Part shown: piece after piece, positions 25,201 through 38,019 of the stretch
Position numbering within the stretch: position 1 is the first letter of the stretch
Layout: the number at the start of each line of letters is the position of its first letter
NCBI GenBank assembly: GCA_024679065.1
Contig: JAGIQG010000012.1
Location: 54,684,001-54,748,000, forward strand
Reading direction: 5' to 3'
Length of the DNA stretch: 64,000 bases
Origin: Sphyrna mokarran
Taxonomy: Eukaryota
The notes under the pieces: generated by a model
What the model was told of the DNA's origin: nothing
What the model saw: only the letters and a program-made list of their open reading frames with translations
The model's database searches: none
Made by a program: the position numbers and the translations under genes

Positions 25201-27481
25201 CTCTACAACTGTACCATATTGCCTGTTTCTTTCCTTCTTTAATGCCTTTTGTCAGAATTTCTCAACTAGAAACTGAAGATTAACTTTGCTTGGCACAAGT
25301 GGCATAGTCTGCTTTATATTATCTTACAAATCATCAGGCTCTCAATCCCCTCTGCCGTCTGACTAAGGTAGCTGCCGTATAACACAGCGTTACAGTGACG
25401 GGTGACAATCGTAGCCTTTCTTGTGAAGTTGTACTGTGCATTGCAACATGAACCATAGCACGAGCAGACCTTATGCTGCTATCTGGATAACCTGGTTTGA
25501 ATTTTTTTTAATTATAACATTTAGAACATTTCTCGACTATGCAAACTTAAAAAGCCTATTTTCAGCATTTTGTTAAACTCCACTGTAATTACTATAATTC
25601 CAGCTGCCTGACCCATTCTACTTCTAGCAACCCAGAAACAGACAGAAATAAATACTGCAAGAGAGCTCCAAAATAGATCCACAACTACACTATAACACTA
25701 ATCTATAGAAAATGTTTTTTTTTGTTGTCTCAATCTATCTTCATTTTGATGCCTTCAGTAAGACTTCATCTAATCTTCGTTACTACTGCAAGCATAGTGA
25801 GTTGAATTCAGAGGTTGCAAATTTAAAAAGTCAATGATTGAAACAGCTCAGAGGACGATACCCAATCATTTTTGCAACATCTTCCAGCTTAGTACAAGTT
25901 AGCATAGCCAGGAACTCTGAGATACCCATGCAGCTAAAATTTTTATTTGATTCTAAATTGGTGCAAGTGACCGAAAGTATAATCCCATTGTGGATAAGAG
26001 GACTGTTTTGGCATCAGTTTCTGGGGTTAGGTGGATGGGTAAGATAAGCTTGCAGGAATAAAACAAAGAGTGTTTGTCATGATCCTCATATGTTCCCCCA
26101 TGTAAAACAAAACAAGAAATTACACAGACAAATCTGGAAACTGCACCATAGTGTCTTTTCAAAGAGTTTTTGATAATCGTAATTTGGGCAAAAAAATTAA
26201 CTACATACGGCAATAGGGAAGAATTGCAAAAAAAAAATTGCCTTTGTATTTACCCAGAATTTTCAATGGCCAGAAATGATACAGAATATCAGAATAACCC
26301 ATGTTGCCAAAATGTCTGGTAATATTTTGCAATGCAGAAGGGCATGTATGAATTAAAAAATATTTTGAGAAAGTTGTGCAGAATCTACGTGACTGACTAA
26401 TTGTGTGGACAGATTTGGACAGCTGATATATAGCACTGAAACAATCCTCTAATATTCCCAAAAAGTTCATTTTACCTGCTATACATTACCATCTTTTAAC
26501 AGGACATGAAACCTAATGCTGATGCTGAATGTGTGGATGCTAGAAGCTGCATCTCATGTGCTACTTACAGCCTACACAAGAACCAGTGAGCTTTTTATTT
26601 TGGCTCCTTTCTGTGCTGCATTAAATGTTTCCTCTTCCCTAAAGCAACTGCTTATAAACCTCCAGGGAATCTCAATTTCATTTTTCGAAATATGAACTAG
26701 CGGTATTATAATTTCTCTCCTTGCTATGCAGTCATGGCCTTTACTTTAATACAAAAATAACCTTTACAATAAAAAACATACAATTTAACATTTCCATGGA
26801 CAAAACCTGATTTACATTAGACTCCACTCTGGTTCTTAAACAAGTAATATGTTGAAAGCAGGGCTTTTGAAGACTTTCCCTTTCACCCCAATAATCCAAG
26901 CCCGAGAGGAAAGGAAAAGTACATGGCTCTTGATTTATCAAACGACCTGCTACCAAATTAAATTTGTTCTGCAAAAGCCTAACTGTATTACTTTTTTTTT
27001 CCATACAAGCCAAAGCAATCTTCGGGATATGTTTGTGCACAAAATTAGGTTGTGCGGATTTCAGTTAATTACAGTAGCACAGAAAGGATAATGAAATCCA
27101 TCACCATTTAGTGCTGCGTAACACACAGAAAAAAATGGAAATGGGAATGACAGGATGAAATGATTAATACATTCTTTAAATGTAATTAAAACTAAAAAAA
27201 ACATCTAAATGATCATAGTCAATTTTCAGAATTCTGAGTCTTTGAACCTGTATGGTTAGCGTACATTTTTCTTTCATTGCTGCACAATGTTCAAATTTGA
27301 TAGCACAGTTATGTTTCTTTTAATTTTTAATGCCATTTTTCTTCTGGTAAATTAACCCATATTTTCTGTCTCCCTGATCTCTGCAATTCTACTGCTGAGA
27401 GGGTAAATGGTCTGCTTCCCCTTGAAGCCAATGGCCCTTGCAAACGGCCACTAGAAGACACTGGGGGATCAACAGACATGA

Positions 27482-27792
27482 CTTTTAATTTGTTCATAGG
27501 ATGCAGGAAATGCTGGCAAGGCTGCTTTCATTACTGATCTTTAGCTGCCCTGAAAGAACGGTAGTGAGCATTCTCCTTGAAGTGCTGCGGTCTTTGTGGG
27601 CATCATTCTATGCATAGAGGACGAGATGGGTAATTCCAGTTCACTGTCACAACGGCAGTGAACAATGAGATACGTCCAAATCAGGAAATGTGAGATTTAG
27701 AAGAGAACGTGGAGGTGACAATGTTTTCACAACACCGCTGCCATTATCCTTCTCGGTGGTAGAGGTCACAGGGGAAGAGAGTGCTGTTGAAA
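27482..27792 (-). mobile_element. LINE 3' end (CR1/L2 clade, different family), old
   Basis: TTGTTCATAGGATGCAGGAAATGCTGGCAAGGC...CCTTCTCGGTGGTAGAGGTCAC resembles a recalled shark LINE antisense terminus. Confidence 0.6.
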
Positions 27793-28309
27793 GTCTCTCT
27801 TCCAATTTTCACACTACCCCTATACATCTCCCGGTGGGACAACTCTACTGTCTAAACTCTGTGCTGCTGATGTTGGGAAATCAGCAGACAGACTGTGCAT
27901 CCTTAGCTCTGAACATGAGCACTGGTCATTTGGAATCAATATCCCATCCAAATAATACACTTTTATTCATTTCACCACTGAAAACCAGATTGATGAAAAT
28001 AAGTACCCTCTGACTAGATTTTCTTTGACTTGAGGTATTTGGTTATCTTACATTTATGGAACCAAGAAATGGTTATGAGTTACCATCCAGTGTAGCCTTA
28101 TATCAATAATGAATAGTTTGCATACAGCTACTTACTAATACACTACTATTTAACATGGTATTTTAGGATATAACTTCTGAGCAAATAAATTACTTTTGGG
28201 ACTATAGTAAAAGGGCCTGAGTTGAATCTTCATATATTTTGGGGCGATGGCTTCCCTCAATGACCAGCCAGGAAGCAATGACAAAATTGTTCCTAAGCTA
28301 ACAAGCTGA

Positions 28310-28420
28310 AATTAGCAGAGTAAATGTGTGGAATTAATGGAATAGGGCCTGGGTGGGATTGTGGTCGGTACAGACTCAATGGGCTAAATGACTCCCTTCT
28401 GTACTATAGGGATCCTATGA
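28310..28420 (+). mobile_element. HE1 SINE 3' fragment
   Basis: TAGGGCCTGGGTGGGATTGTGGTCGG...AGGGATCCTATG. Confidence 0.8.
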
Positions 28421-28721
28421 AAGCCAGAAGCAACTGTTTGAGAAATAAATGGGTTAAGGATTAATTTGGTGAATTAGGTTATTGAGGCCCCTAAAAATCC
28501 TTGGACCTCATGATATACTCCTGCCATAACTTAACCAAAAGGTGTTCATGGTCAGGAAATAGAAGAGAGAATCTGATAATGCAGAAGAAACTTCATCAGT
28601 AAAGAGCAGGTTATATACAGGCTATCTCAGTGTTTGGAGTTATGTAGCCCAGGGAGACCAGAAAGGAAAAAGAGAAAAATCAAAACAAATCAAATATACC
28701 CACCCTAAAGAGAAACACATT

Positions 28722-28825
28722 AAAAGAAAGAACTTGTGCTTCTATAGCATCATTCATGACCTCAGGACATCCCAAAGCACTTCATAACCAATGATGCTCT
28801 TTTGAAGTGTAGACCTTGTTGTGTG
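28722..28825 (-). mobile_element. DeuSINE/L2-type 3' tail fragment
   Basis: GACCTCAGGACATCCCAAAGCACTT...TTTGAAGTGTAG matches the tail of the 14283-14710 copy. Confidence 0.6.
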
Positions 28826-30284
28826 TACAAACACAAGCACTTACTTCCAGTTTTTGGCAGTAGCAGGTGATGGATTTAAAACTAAAAATATACCTTTAAA
28901 CTCAGGAAAGATATATATCTCTTTATGTTTTAAAACTGTTGATTAGCCAAAGAATGTCATTGGTGTACATGAGTCAGTTTCTTAATATTTAATCTAATAG
29001 TTTTAATAACTCCAAATGTTTCCCATTTTTATTGTGAAGTATCTGTATTTTAAAATCTTAGTTTAACTGTTAAAACCTCACTGATTAAGTTTGCTACCCC
29101 TTGGTCCAGAAATTTAGGAAAATTGTCATTTTTGTATTCTTCACATTGCCAGGTCTGAACTCCTGCTATGGAAGCCATAATTGATGTACACATAGAAAGC
29201 CATAAAACAGAACACCATCAGTTAATAAAATATTACAAACACAGTGAACTAAAGAGAGAATGACCAAAAAAAAGGCACAAAAGATATCTCTTCTTACTTG
29301 ATTCTTACGCTAACTCAATAACCTATTCACTCTGACAACTCCAGCCTCTCATTAGTTTCTCTGTTCTGCATATTTAACCCCTCTCCCTTTTTTATCTACT
29401 TTAAATGTAACTCTCTTAAATAATGGTCCATTCACAAACATTTTACTCAATTCATTGCTTTCCAGTTCCTTATAATTAATTTGCATCTGTGGGAATTTTG
29501 AATGTCCCTTCACACTCCAATTTAAAAGGCACAGAGAGAGGAGAGATAATCATGCAGGGAACTCACAAAAAAGAACAAGAATTGGAAAATAGAAATACAA
29601 AGGATTCACACATAAAGAGAAGCAGGTAAAAAGATTGTGTGAAAGAAGAAATAAATCGAAACAAAGAAATTGCTTTATGTGCTAAGATATTTAAGACTTT
29701 TTAAAAACTATTAGATTAAATATTAAGAAATTAGTGTACATTAAGACTCATGTACACTAATGACATAAGCAAACAGCAAGTTGTGCAATTTATTAGAAGG
29801 AATTTAAAATCAGGTTACTCACAGATGTTGGACAGATACTGATATAAATGCATACATGTTCATGCAGTTGCAGAGACTGCATGGAACTTCCAAAATGGTG
29901 GGCATGGCTGTGATCCAGGTATCCTGAACCCATTTCAGACAGAGGCTATTTTCGTCAATCGGGGAAATGGAGCAGGGCTTGAATTAAAAAGGCTGGAATG
30001 GCTATTACAACTCGGCACAGAGTACCAGCAGACACATTTTCACTGCAGCAAAGGCCTTAATCCACAATGTGGGAGTTACAAAATTTTGAGTACTTGTAAA
30101 TGCTCTGGAAGGTGAGATATGGTCTTTAGAACTCTCAAGAAAATAGTTAACTAAATCCTCAGATTGTTAAAACAATATGGGCTTTTGGAAGAGACCCCCT
30201 AGGCACTCAGAAGCTCCTCTGGCCTGGAGGAAATGGAACCAGAATGTCCAACCCTTCTTCCCCACCTGGAGCAAAGATCCTGCC

Positions 30285-32282
30285 ATTAGGTAAGATGCCA
30301 CATTGAAGGTTATTACAGAAAACAAAAGCTCATGGTGTTGGGGATAGATTATTAGCATGGATAGAAGACTGGGGCAGCTGGCAGAAAATAGAAAGCAAGC
30401 ACAAATGGGTCTTTTTCTGATTGGCAGGACGTGATGAGTGGCATCCCACAGAGGCCTGCGCTGGGGTTCAACTTTTTCCAATCTACATCAATGATTTAAT
30501 GAGGGGAGAGAAGTCATGGTGACTAAACTTGCAGATAGCACAAAGGCAGGTAGGGCAGTATGTTGTGAAGTAGATGTAAGGAGATTATAGACGGATATAG
30601 CTAGGTTGAATGAAGGAGCAAAAATCTAGCAGATGAAGTATAGGGGACAATCTTGAGTTTGCCATCTATATGAATGCTGGCTGGGCCTCAAGATCCGGAA
30701 GTTGCAGATTTCAGAAGCGGAAAAGCTCTTCCCCACACCTCATTAGTGACGTCATCAGGTTCATGCCCATAATGGGCTTTATCCTCCTTTACACAAATTT
30801 GAATGGATTTTGATACTATTAACCCATCCCTTTGCAGTATATTGAACCCTCCCCTGCTGAATATCAACACTGCGTCAACCTGCATCGGTGCGCTTTACAA
30901 CAAGTTCACCCAGGCATAAACTTATTGTGGGGGTCTCCCCAGGAACACAAAGGTGAGTATAGCCACTATGGGGGGTAAAGGGAAATAGCCAGACAGTGGC
31001 CCAGCAATGCCTCTGGCACTAATTAGAGACACAGATTAAAACCATGCTCATGCAATCCGACAGTGCCAAACTGTGCCAAGGGGTAGGCCCCAGTAGTAGC
31101 CTCATGGGGAGGGGGGATTCATTCAGAATTGATTTTGGTTGGGAGCAGACGGAGGAGAAAGAGATGCCACAGCTGGCTGGAGGGTGGGGGCTGACTCCGA
31201 CTGTGGAGGGGAGCCGAGGAAGGGGCTGATAATTGGGGTGGGGGAAGGGCAAAGAAGTGCCGACTCCAATCAGGAGTGGGGACGGCAGCTCTTGAGATTT
31301 CCATGATGCGCTGGGAGAAAGATTTGTACAGGAGCATCCTTTAAAGGCGGCATCCCAATCTCAATGCAGCTGGTCTTTCCTGGTGCACTGAGGCCCCGTT
31401 CCCCCTGCATGATGGCATGAAACACATCCTCTTGATATCTTTGGGTAGTATGTCGTAAGATCTTGAGAAAACCAACCAAACACAGTGGTTTTCTTGGTGG
31501 AACCAACACCCCATTTTGTGGGAAAATGTGACGGCGTTCAGTTTGGTAGGAAGAAGAGCAGAGCAGTATTTAAGTGGTGAACAACTGCAGAATTCCATGG
31601 TGCAGAGGGATCTAGGTGTTCCAGTGCATGAGTCACAAAACATTAGTAATCAAAAAGACTAAAGAACGCTATCTTTTATTACAGAAGAATTAAACATAAA
31701 AGTTAACATGTTATGCTTAAGTTATACAGAGCTTTTGTGAGATTGTATCTCAAATAATGTATGCAGTTTTGGTCTCTTTAATTAAGGAAGGATGTAAATG
31801 AGCTGGAGTTGGTTCAGAAGGGGTTTATTAGGTTGGTACTTAGAAAGAGTAGTTTGTCTTTAGAGAAAAGGTTAGATAGACAGGGCTTATTACCATTGGA
31901 GTTTAGTGAGAGTGACTTGATTAAAGTATATAAGATCCTGAATGGTATTCATAAGGTGGAAATAGAGAAAGGATGTTTCCTTTTATGGCTGAATTCAGGC
32001 ACTGTTTTGAAGTTAGGGTTGCAATAATAGGCTAAATAATGAGATTCTGTTTTTCTCAGAAGGTTGTGCGATTTTGAAACTCTCCACCTCAGGAGGTGAT
32101 GGAGGAATGATCATTGAATATTGGTAAGGTGGGGGTGGATGGATTCTTGTTAGACAAGCGAATCAAAGTTTATGAGTGGTTGATGGGAATGTGGAATTCA
32201 AAATACAAATAGGTCAGCTATGATTGTATTGAATAGTGAAGCAGGCTTGATGGGCAGAATGGCTACATCTGCTTCTATTTGG
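30285..32282 (+). mobile_element. CR1 LINE RT to 3' tail, split by a MITE
   Basis: SGIPQ, IYINDL and KLADS before 30641; resumes TGTGGGAAAATGTG at about 31517 with QFWSL and YKILNG, then the tail. Confidence 0.85.
30642..31516. mobile_element. Non-autonomous Harbinger-type element inserted in CR1
   Basis: Interrupts CR1 at ATGAAGTATA|...|TGTGGGAAAATG. Terminal regions resemble those of the 34450-37331 element (TTGAG...CTCAARATCC, TTTACAACA, GGAACCA-CAC...CCATTTT). Confidence 0.65.
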
Positions 32283-32619
32283 GTGAATATCACCTGAGGA
32301 GGGCATGGCAACCAAGAGATTTTCCAACTTTTACCACACAAACAGGACCGAACATAGGCTAAAACATCTCCATTGTAAGTAAATAGTGAGTGTGGGAATC
32401 AATGTTTGTTTCTGACATAAAGGGAAAGCAAATTTACACCACTGTTCATTTACATGATTGTAGTGTGTAATCCACACTAAATGCTCTCCTGAGAGACTGC
32501 ACAGGGGGTGCAAAATCATGGGAGACAAGTGCCACTTAAAACTAGCCTGCAATACGTAAAGCCTATCTGCACCTCTTAAAGGACATTCTGGCTAAAGCAG
32601 GTATCCAAAGTGCTTGGAG

Positions 32620-33640
32620 AGGTGTACAACATTGAAATTTGATACAAAAAGGCAGAAAGCAAACTGAAGACTCTCTAACAAAGTATTGGGAGAGATGCTC
32701 TATTCAGAGGGCCAGGAAGACCTCCAGATAAAAACCACAAAAACAGCAGGAGTAGGTATGCTGCAAAAAACTCAATGACCTGACCAAAGTGTCTGTGCTG
32801 ATGTGTGCTATTGCAGACCAGAACACTGCATTTGCCTGAGGAAGACACAGAGTGTTGAAAGCTCGCAATTTTACTATCAAATAAATCGGTTGGATTAAAA
32901 ATTGGTGTTGCTAAATTCTTACTGAGTTCTTACCACCCCAATCCAACGCCGGCATCTTTACATCATTACAAAGTGGTCAGGGTCAGTGAACGCAAGTTCA
33001 AATGTCATTTCCTACAAATGAGCCACGAGCCATATACACAACACTTCATTGACTTCTGCTCCTTCATTCAAACCTTATGTTCATAGCTTCACCTCACCCT
33101 CACACAATTAGAACTTTGATAAGCTTCACCCGCTGTTCACAGTTTGCTCGCACTGCCAGTTATTCAACCAAGACAGACACATCACCCAAACACATTGTAC
33201 CACACACACACTCACATATCTCCCTCCCTTTTGCAGGACAAGGTGGCACAGGCAGCAGCACCCAAATGGGTGACAGACATGGTTGCATGTCCTCACCCCC
33301 ACAGAGAAGTAGATGCTGACCATTACTGGAGCAGATTGACAGGTCTCGGCCAGCAGTGGGACTGAACGTATTCAAGATAATAGTATTCATCTATCTAATT
33401 CTCCTTCTTAATTTAACTTGCCCATCATCCTGTAATCAGTTTACAGTTATAAACTGCTGACAGTCTAAGCATAAATCACTGGCATTTCCTCCTCGCTTCA
33501 CCACGATCCTACCTTTGCATCTTTCGGAGTGGCAGGCTGGCCAGGCAGCAGCGCAGAAACAAGAAGAGACTGATGGAAGAAACACCATCAATTATTTTCA
33601 CTCTTACACAAGAATTAGGCTCCAGAGTAGGGCCTCAAAC
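32620..33640 (+). pseudogene. Element A Myb/SANT-like gene, 5' exons
   Basis: RDALF, CCKKLNDLTKV, acceptor TTTTGCAG|GACAAGGTGGCA (DKVA, about 33237), LHVLTPTEK. Confidence 0.7.
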
Positions 33641-33654
33641 CTGTCCCTCCACTT

Positions 33655-34445
33655 GGTAAGATCATGGCCGATCTGAACATAATCTCAACTCCATCCTACC
33701 TGATCAAAAATCTATTCAACTCTGCCTTGAACATATTAAATGACCCAAACTCTGCTGAACCCTGGGGAAGAGAATACCACACACTAATGACTCACTGACA
33801 GAAAAAAATATCGGTCTTCAATGAAAGACTCCTAACTTGCCCCCAAGTTCGAGACTCTCTCAAGGGGGACATCATCTCAGTATTCACCTTGTCAACTTAA
33901 ATGTTTCAATATAATCACTTCTTAACTCCAATCTCTAGAACCTTTCCTCATAACATATTCATCCCAGGAATCAGTTGAGTGAACCTTCTCTTAGTTGCTT
34001 TTAATGTGATTATAAGCTTTCTTAGTTATAAGAAATTTCTTAATTATAAGCTTTCTTTTTTTCGGCGCAACTTTGAGGACCGAAGGGCCTGTTCTGCGCT
34101 GTAATGTTCTATGCTCTAAATAAGGAGACCAAAACTGTATACAACACTCCATATGCAATTTCACCAATGCTTTGTACAAGTGTGACAAAACTTCCCTATT
34201 TTTATATTTGACTCCTCTTGCAGTAAACACCAACATTCCATTTGCCTTCCTACTCACTTGTTGCACTTTCTTACCAACCATTTGCGATTCATGTACCAGG
34301 ACATCCAGATCCCTCTGTACTAAAGAGTTTGCAGTCTCTTTCCATTCAAACCTTGTGCTGCTTTTCTATTCTGCCTCACAACGTTGATCACTTCATATTC
34401 TTCCACACTATTCTCTCTCTGTCAATGTTTTGCCTGTTTACTTAA
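33655..34445 (-). mobile_element. CR1 LINE 3' part nested in element A
   Basis: ORF 33991-34281 KANGMLVFTARGVKYKNREVLSHLYKALVKLHMECCIQFWSPY. A second short + strand CR1 tail lies at about 34060-34118. Confidence 0.85.
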
Positions 34446-35279
34446 TTTTGGTGGTGATTTTGAGCCTACTCTCTCTGCCTGCGGAAATAGCGGTACATGC
34501 TCAAAATCCAGAGAGCGCGATTCACACCAGTGAGTTTCCAAGTTCCGATCTTACTCGCCCCCTCACCGGTGGGGTGATGTGAAACCGCTGCAGAAGGCTC
34601 ATTTTAATACATTAGCATGTCATTAGTGAGCACTCTCTCTGAGATCTTCCCCCCTCATCAGATATTCAGCCAGTGCCGGTGTGACATCACATCATTTACA
34701 ACATGTCTATACAAGAGTGAACCTGGCACCTTCACTTCTGAGTGGGGTTTTGGAGGGGAGCGTTTAGGCAGTCAGCACCCTCTGCGGTGTGCGCTGTTCA
34801 GGGGAGACTGTTGTGGACTCGCAAGATACAGGTACAGTCAACTTGAGTCAGGGACGGGGTCCCAAAATCATCACTTTGGGGAGAGGAATTAGGAGGGGTC
34901 ATTTGTAGCTCTTACCTTCCCTTCATATCGGGACGTCCCATGCTTTAAAGGGGATCTGAAGGCTGGTTTGCAGGCCACACTTCCCATGTCCTCCTTCCTG
35001 GTCTTCTGTCCATATTGCAGCTGAGGCAGTGCCCTTCCTTAGTGGGGGCTAGCAAGTGGGTGGCAGGGACACAGCACAGCCAGTCTCATTCTCCACAAGG
35101 ATGAGACACTGGGTGAGTGCAGTGGTTCCCCCAAGCTCGGTGACATGAACAGACAGGGTGGAGGCTCTGTGGGTGAACGAAGTGAAATTTAATGCCAAAC
35201 ATTCAAAGCAAAATGGTGACCTAATTACACTGGTGCCCATATTCACCCATGATCATGAAGTGCCCACAGTTTCTTAATC

Positions 35280-36850
35280 TCCATGACCTTCCCAGGGCAT
35301 CTAGGATACACAGCTGAGGTTGAGGCAGCCAGCTGACTTCTACGCCCTTTTGCCTGAGATAACCTTAACTTGTATCCCTATCGAGAGGGGGCAGGAAGTT
35401 GAGGGTCCAGGCCTGCTTTTAGGCAGCACGGATGTTTGACTGATTCCATCCTCCGTGTCAGAGGCTAGAGGTGTATTGCTTACAGGGAGGGAATTGTCAC
35501 ATGGGCTGGAGACACCCAAGGCCCCTCGGCAGGAGGACCCCAGGCTATATGCCTGGAGGTCAGCAAGCCTGAGGTCTAGAAGCCCTGTCACCTTCTAATG
35601 CTGACACTCATGGATTTTCACCAGTGCCTGTACCATACAGTCAGACATCTCTGGACATGGAGTGCACATCTTGCACCAAGGTCTCCACTGTGGGTGCCAA
35701 CCTTGCAGTGTTGGCCTCGGTGCACTGCAGTGATGGCACCATCTCCTCAGACAGAAGGCGACGGGACTCCTCCAATCGGCCTCGCACTCCGAGGAGGGCT
35801 GCAGTCATCCCTTCCTGATAATTACGACTCTGCCTTTGCGGCTCAGTGGCCGTAGCACAACCAGGCCCAGGGGCCAATCATCAGCAAAGGGCACAGCAGA
35901 GTCCTGGGCTCTGGCATCCTTCCAAATGCCAGATCCCTGGAATGTCCCTGTCTCCTCCTGCTGTGGCTCTTCAACTGTGAAATACTCACCAGTGAGTGAC
36001 CCAGGAGTCTGCCTACTTATTGAACCCACCGAGGTGTGAGTATCTGTGCTGGTGCTGGGTGCGGGTGCTGGGTGTGACGCCTCTTCAGTGATGGGGACAG
36101 AGAAGTCCCCCTCTGAGCTGCTGGAATATGGTAGGTCCAGGGGATGTGAGGATGATCCAGCCTGTTCCACTGGTTGGTCTGCAAGAGAAGGGACATGGCA
36201 TCAGTGCATTACAGGGGATACGGAGGGAACATTGATTACTCACTTGAGACTTGAGGAATGACAGCATTTGTGTAGTGGATTCTCACATTTCTCTGCTGCC
36301 CCCACTTCCCCCACAGCATAGACACACTCTTCCTCCTCCCCGGCCAACTCAAGGGCTCGCTCCTCAGAAGGCTTGAGGATTTTCAGCTCGCCTATGGCTC
36401 CAGCTGGCTGCACCTGCTGATGCCTGTTGTGGTTGAGTTTGTCCTGCAGAGACACAGAGTGACACTTCAGGTGGTGATAGGTTGTGGCAGGCGTGGGGCT
36501 TGGGTGGGAGCTGGAGTGTGAGGAATGTAGCAATTACTGGGGAACATAGGAGGGAGGGGAGGGAACCTGTTGCTGGCAAAGACCAAGATGGCTGAGTGAG
36601 AGAGGTGTGTGAGGGGGGAGGGTGTCCATTAGGAGATTGGGGGTGATTCACTTACCCTAGCTGAGCGAAGAAGATCATTCATCCTCTTCTGGCACTGCTA
36701 CCCCGTCCTCTTCTGGACTGCGCTTGATCATCCAGGGCTGTCACTGCATCCCAGGCAAGGGTGGTGACCCTGCTGGAAGGCTGTCTCCTGGAGCAGAGTA
36801 GAGTATGTACCGAAAGACTTCTTGGCCACTATCTCCTGCAGGCATTGTGG
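35280..36850 (-). pseudogene. Three-exon Myb/SANT-like (NAIF1/MSANTD-type) Harbinger ORF2 pseudogene
   Basis: Exon 1 ...AWDAV...QCQKRMNDLLRSAR|GTAAGT ends at 36656. Exon 2 is 36443-36287, DKLNHNR..LKPSEERALELAG. Exon 3 starts at 36178 with Ser/Thr/Pro-rich then coiled-coil-like sequence. Splicing keeps the frame, but stops and frameshifts are present. Confidence 0.8.
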
Positions 36851-36884
36851 AAAAAGTGCTAGGGAGCTATTTATGTGGAGTCCA

Positions 36885-37126
36885 GTAAGAAGTCTCACAA
36901 TACCAGGTTAAAGTCCAGCAGGTTTATTTGGTAGCAAGAGCCACTAGCTTTCGGAGCGCTCGCTGCCCCTTCATCATTTGAGTTCTGTTCGCAAATAGGG
37001 TACATAAAGTCACAAATTCAATTTACAAAATAATGGTTGGAATACGAGTCTTTACAGATAATCAAATCTTAAAAAGTACAGAAAATGTGAGTGGAGAGAG
37101 CGTTAAGCACAGGTTAAAGAGATGTG
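36885..37126 (-). mobile_element. Penelope-like 3' terminal fragment with a damaged hammerhead core
   Basis: AAGAAGTCTCACAATACCAGGTTAAAGTCCAGCAGGTTTATTTGG terminus; minus strand has TGATGA-AGGGGCAGCGAGCGCTCC-GAAA. Confidence 0.75.
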
Positions 37127-37334
37127 CCCAGTGCTTGCAGCTGTTAAGTTGTTACCAGGTGGGTCAACCAGAGAGAATGTGTTGCAGGCATGGCGTGAAA
37201 CTCACAGGCATAAAAATGATCGCGAATAAAGCATAAGATTCTGCTGGAAAATATATCGAGGTTGTCAGTGGGAAACAGTTTGTTTTTCACACAGGAACCA
37301 TCACTCTGCCATTTTTTTGGCAAGATTTCTCACT

Positions 37335-37980
37335 TCGTGTCCTCTTGACAACTTACTTTCTCCCTATCTAATGTCATCAGCAAATTTAGTTATCAGACAT
37401 TCATTCAGATCACTGATATTGACTGTAAATAGTTGAGGCCCGAGCAGTCACCTGTGGCACTCCACTAGTCACAGCTTGTTAACCTGAAAATTATCCTTTA
37501 TCTCTACTTCCTGCTTCCTAACCAATCCTTTGTCCATACTAATATGATATCTTACATCATAAACTTTATTTTGTGCTGTTTGATATGATTTATTGTCACA
37601 TGTATTGGAGTACAGTGAAAAGTATTGTTTCTTGTGCACTGTACAAAGCATACTGTTCATAAGGTACATAGGGCAGAAGGAAAGGAGAGGGTGCAGAATA
37701 TAATGTTGCAGTTACAGATAGGGAGAAGAAAAAGATCAGCTCACTAAATAATGGGACAATTCAAAAGTCTGATGGCAGCAGGGAAGGAGCTGTTCTTGAG
37801 TCGTTGGTACATGTTTTCAAACTTTCATATTTTCCCAGCGGGCTAAGTTGGAAGAGATTGCATGGGGTCCTCAATTATGCTGGCTCCTTTTCCAAGGCAT
37901 TAGAAAATGTAGATGGAGTGAATGGATGTGATGTGACATCTTACTGAATGCCTTTTGGATATCCAAGTACATTGTACTTG
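37335..37980 (-). mobile_element. Continuation of the CR1 RT region, interrupted by a Rex1-like tail
   Basis: TCATCAGCAAATTT (antisense KFADD), TGTGGCACTCCACT (SGVPQ) and GAATGCCTTTTGGATATCCAAG (LDIQKAF). Confidence 0.8.
37582..37930 (-). mobile_element. Rex1/Babar-like LINE 3' end
   Basis: TTTATTGTCACATGTATTGG...GGGAAGGAGCTGTTCTTGAGTCG (antisense RLKNSSFP). Confidence 0.65.
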
Positions 37981-38019
37981 CAGCCAGCTGCTCAGATACC
38001 AAAATTGTATGTATTTTCT

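Larger units (their letters stand above)
34450..37331 (-). mobile_element. Harbinger-type element B carrying only the Myb/SANT gene, inserted in CR1
   Basis: CR1 stops at ...TTTACTTAAT (about 34446) and resumes at GTGTCCTCTTGACAACTTAC (about 37337). The interior holds a spliced Myb/SANT gene. Confidence 0.8.

Noticed and set aside
35280-36850. Functional domesticated NAIF1/MSANTD-like host gene
   Set aside because: Stop and frameshift in exon 1, frameshift in exon 3, and it sits inside a transposon nested in a CR1.
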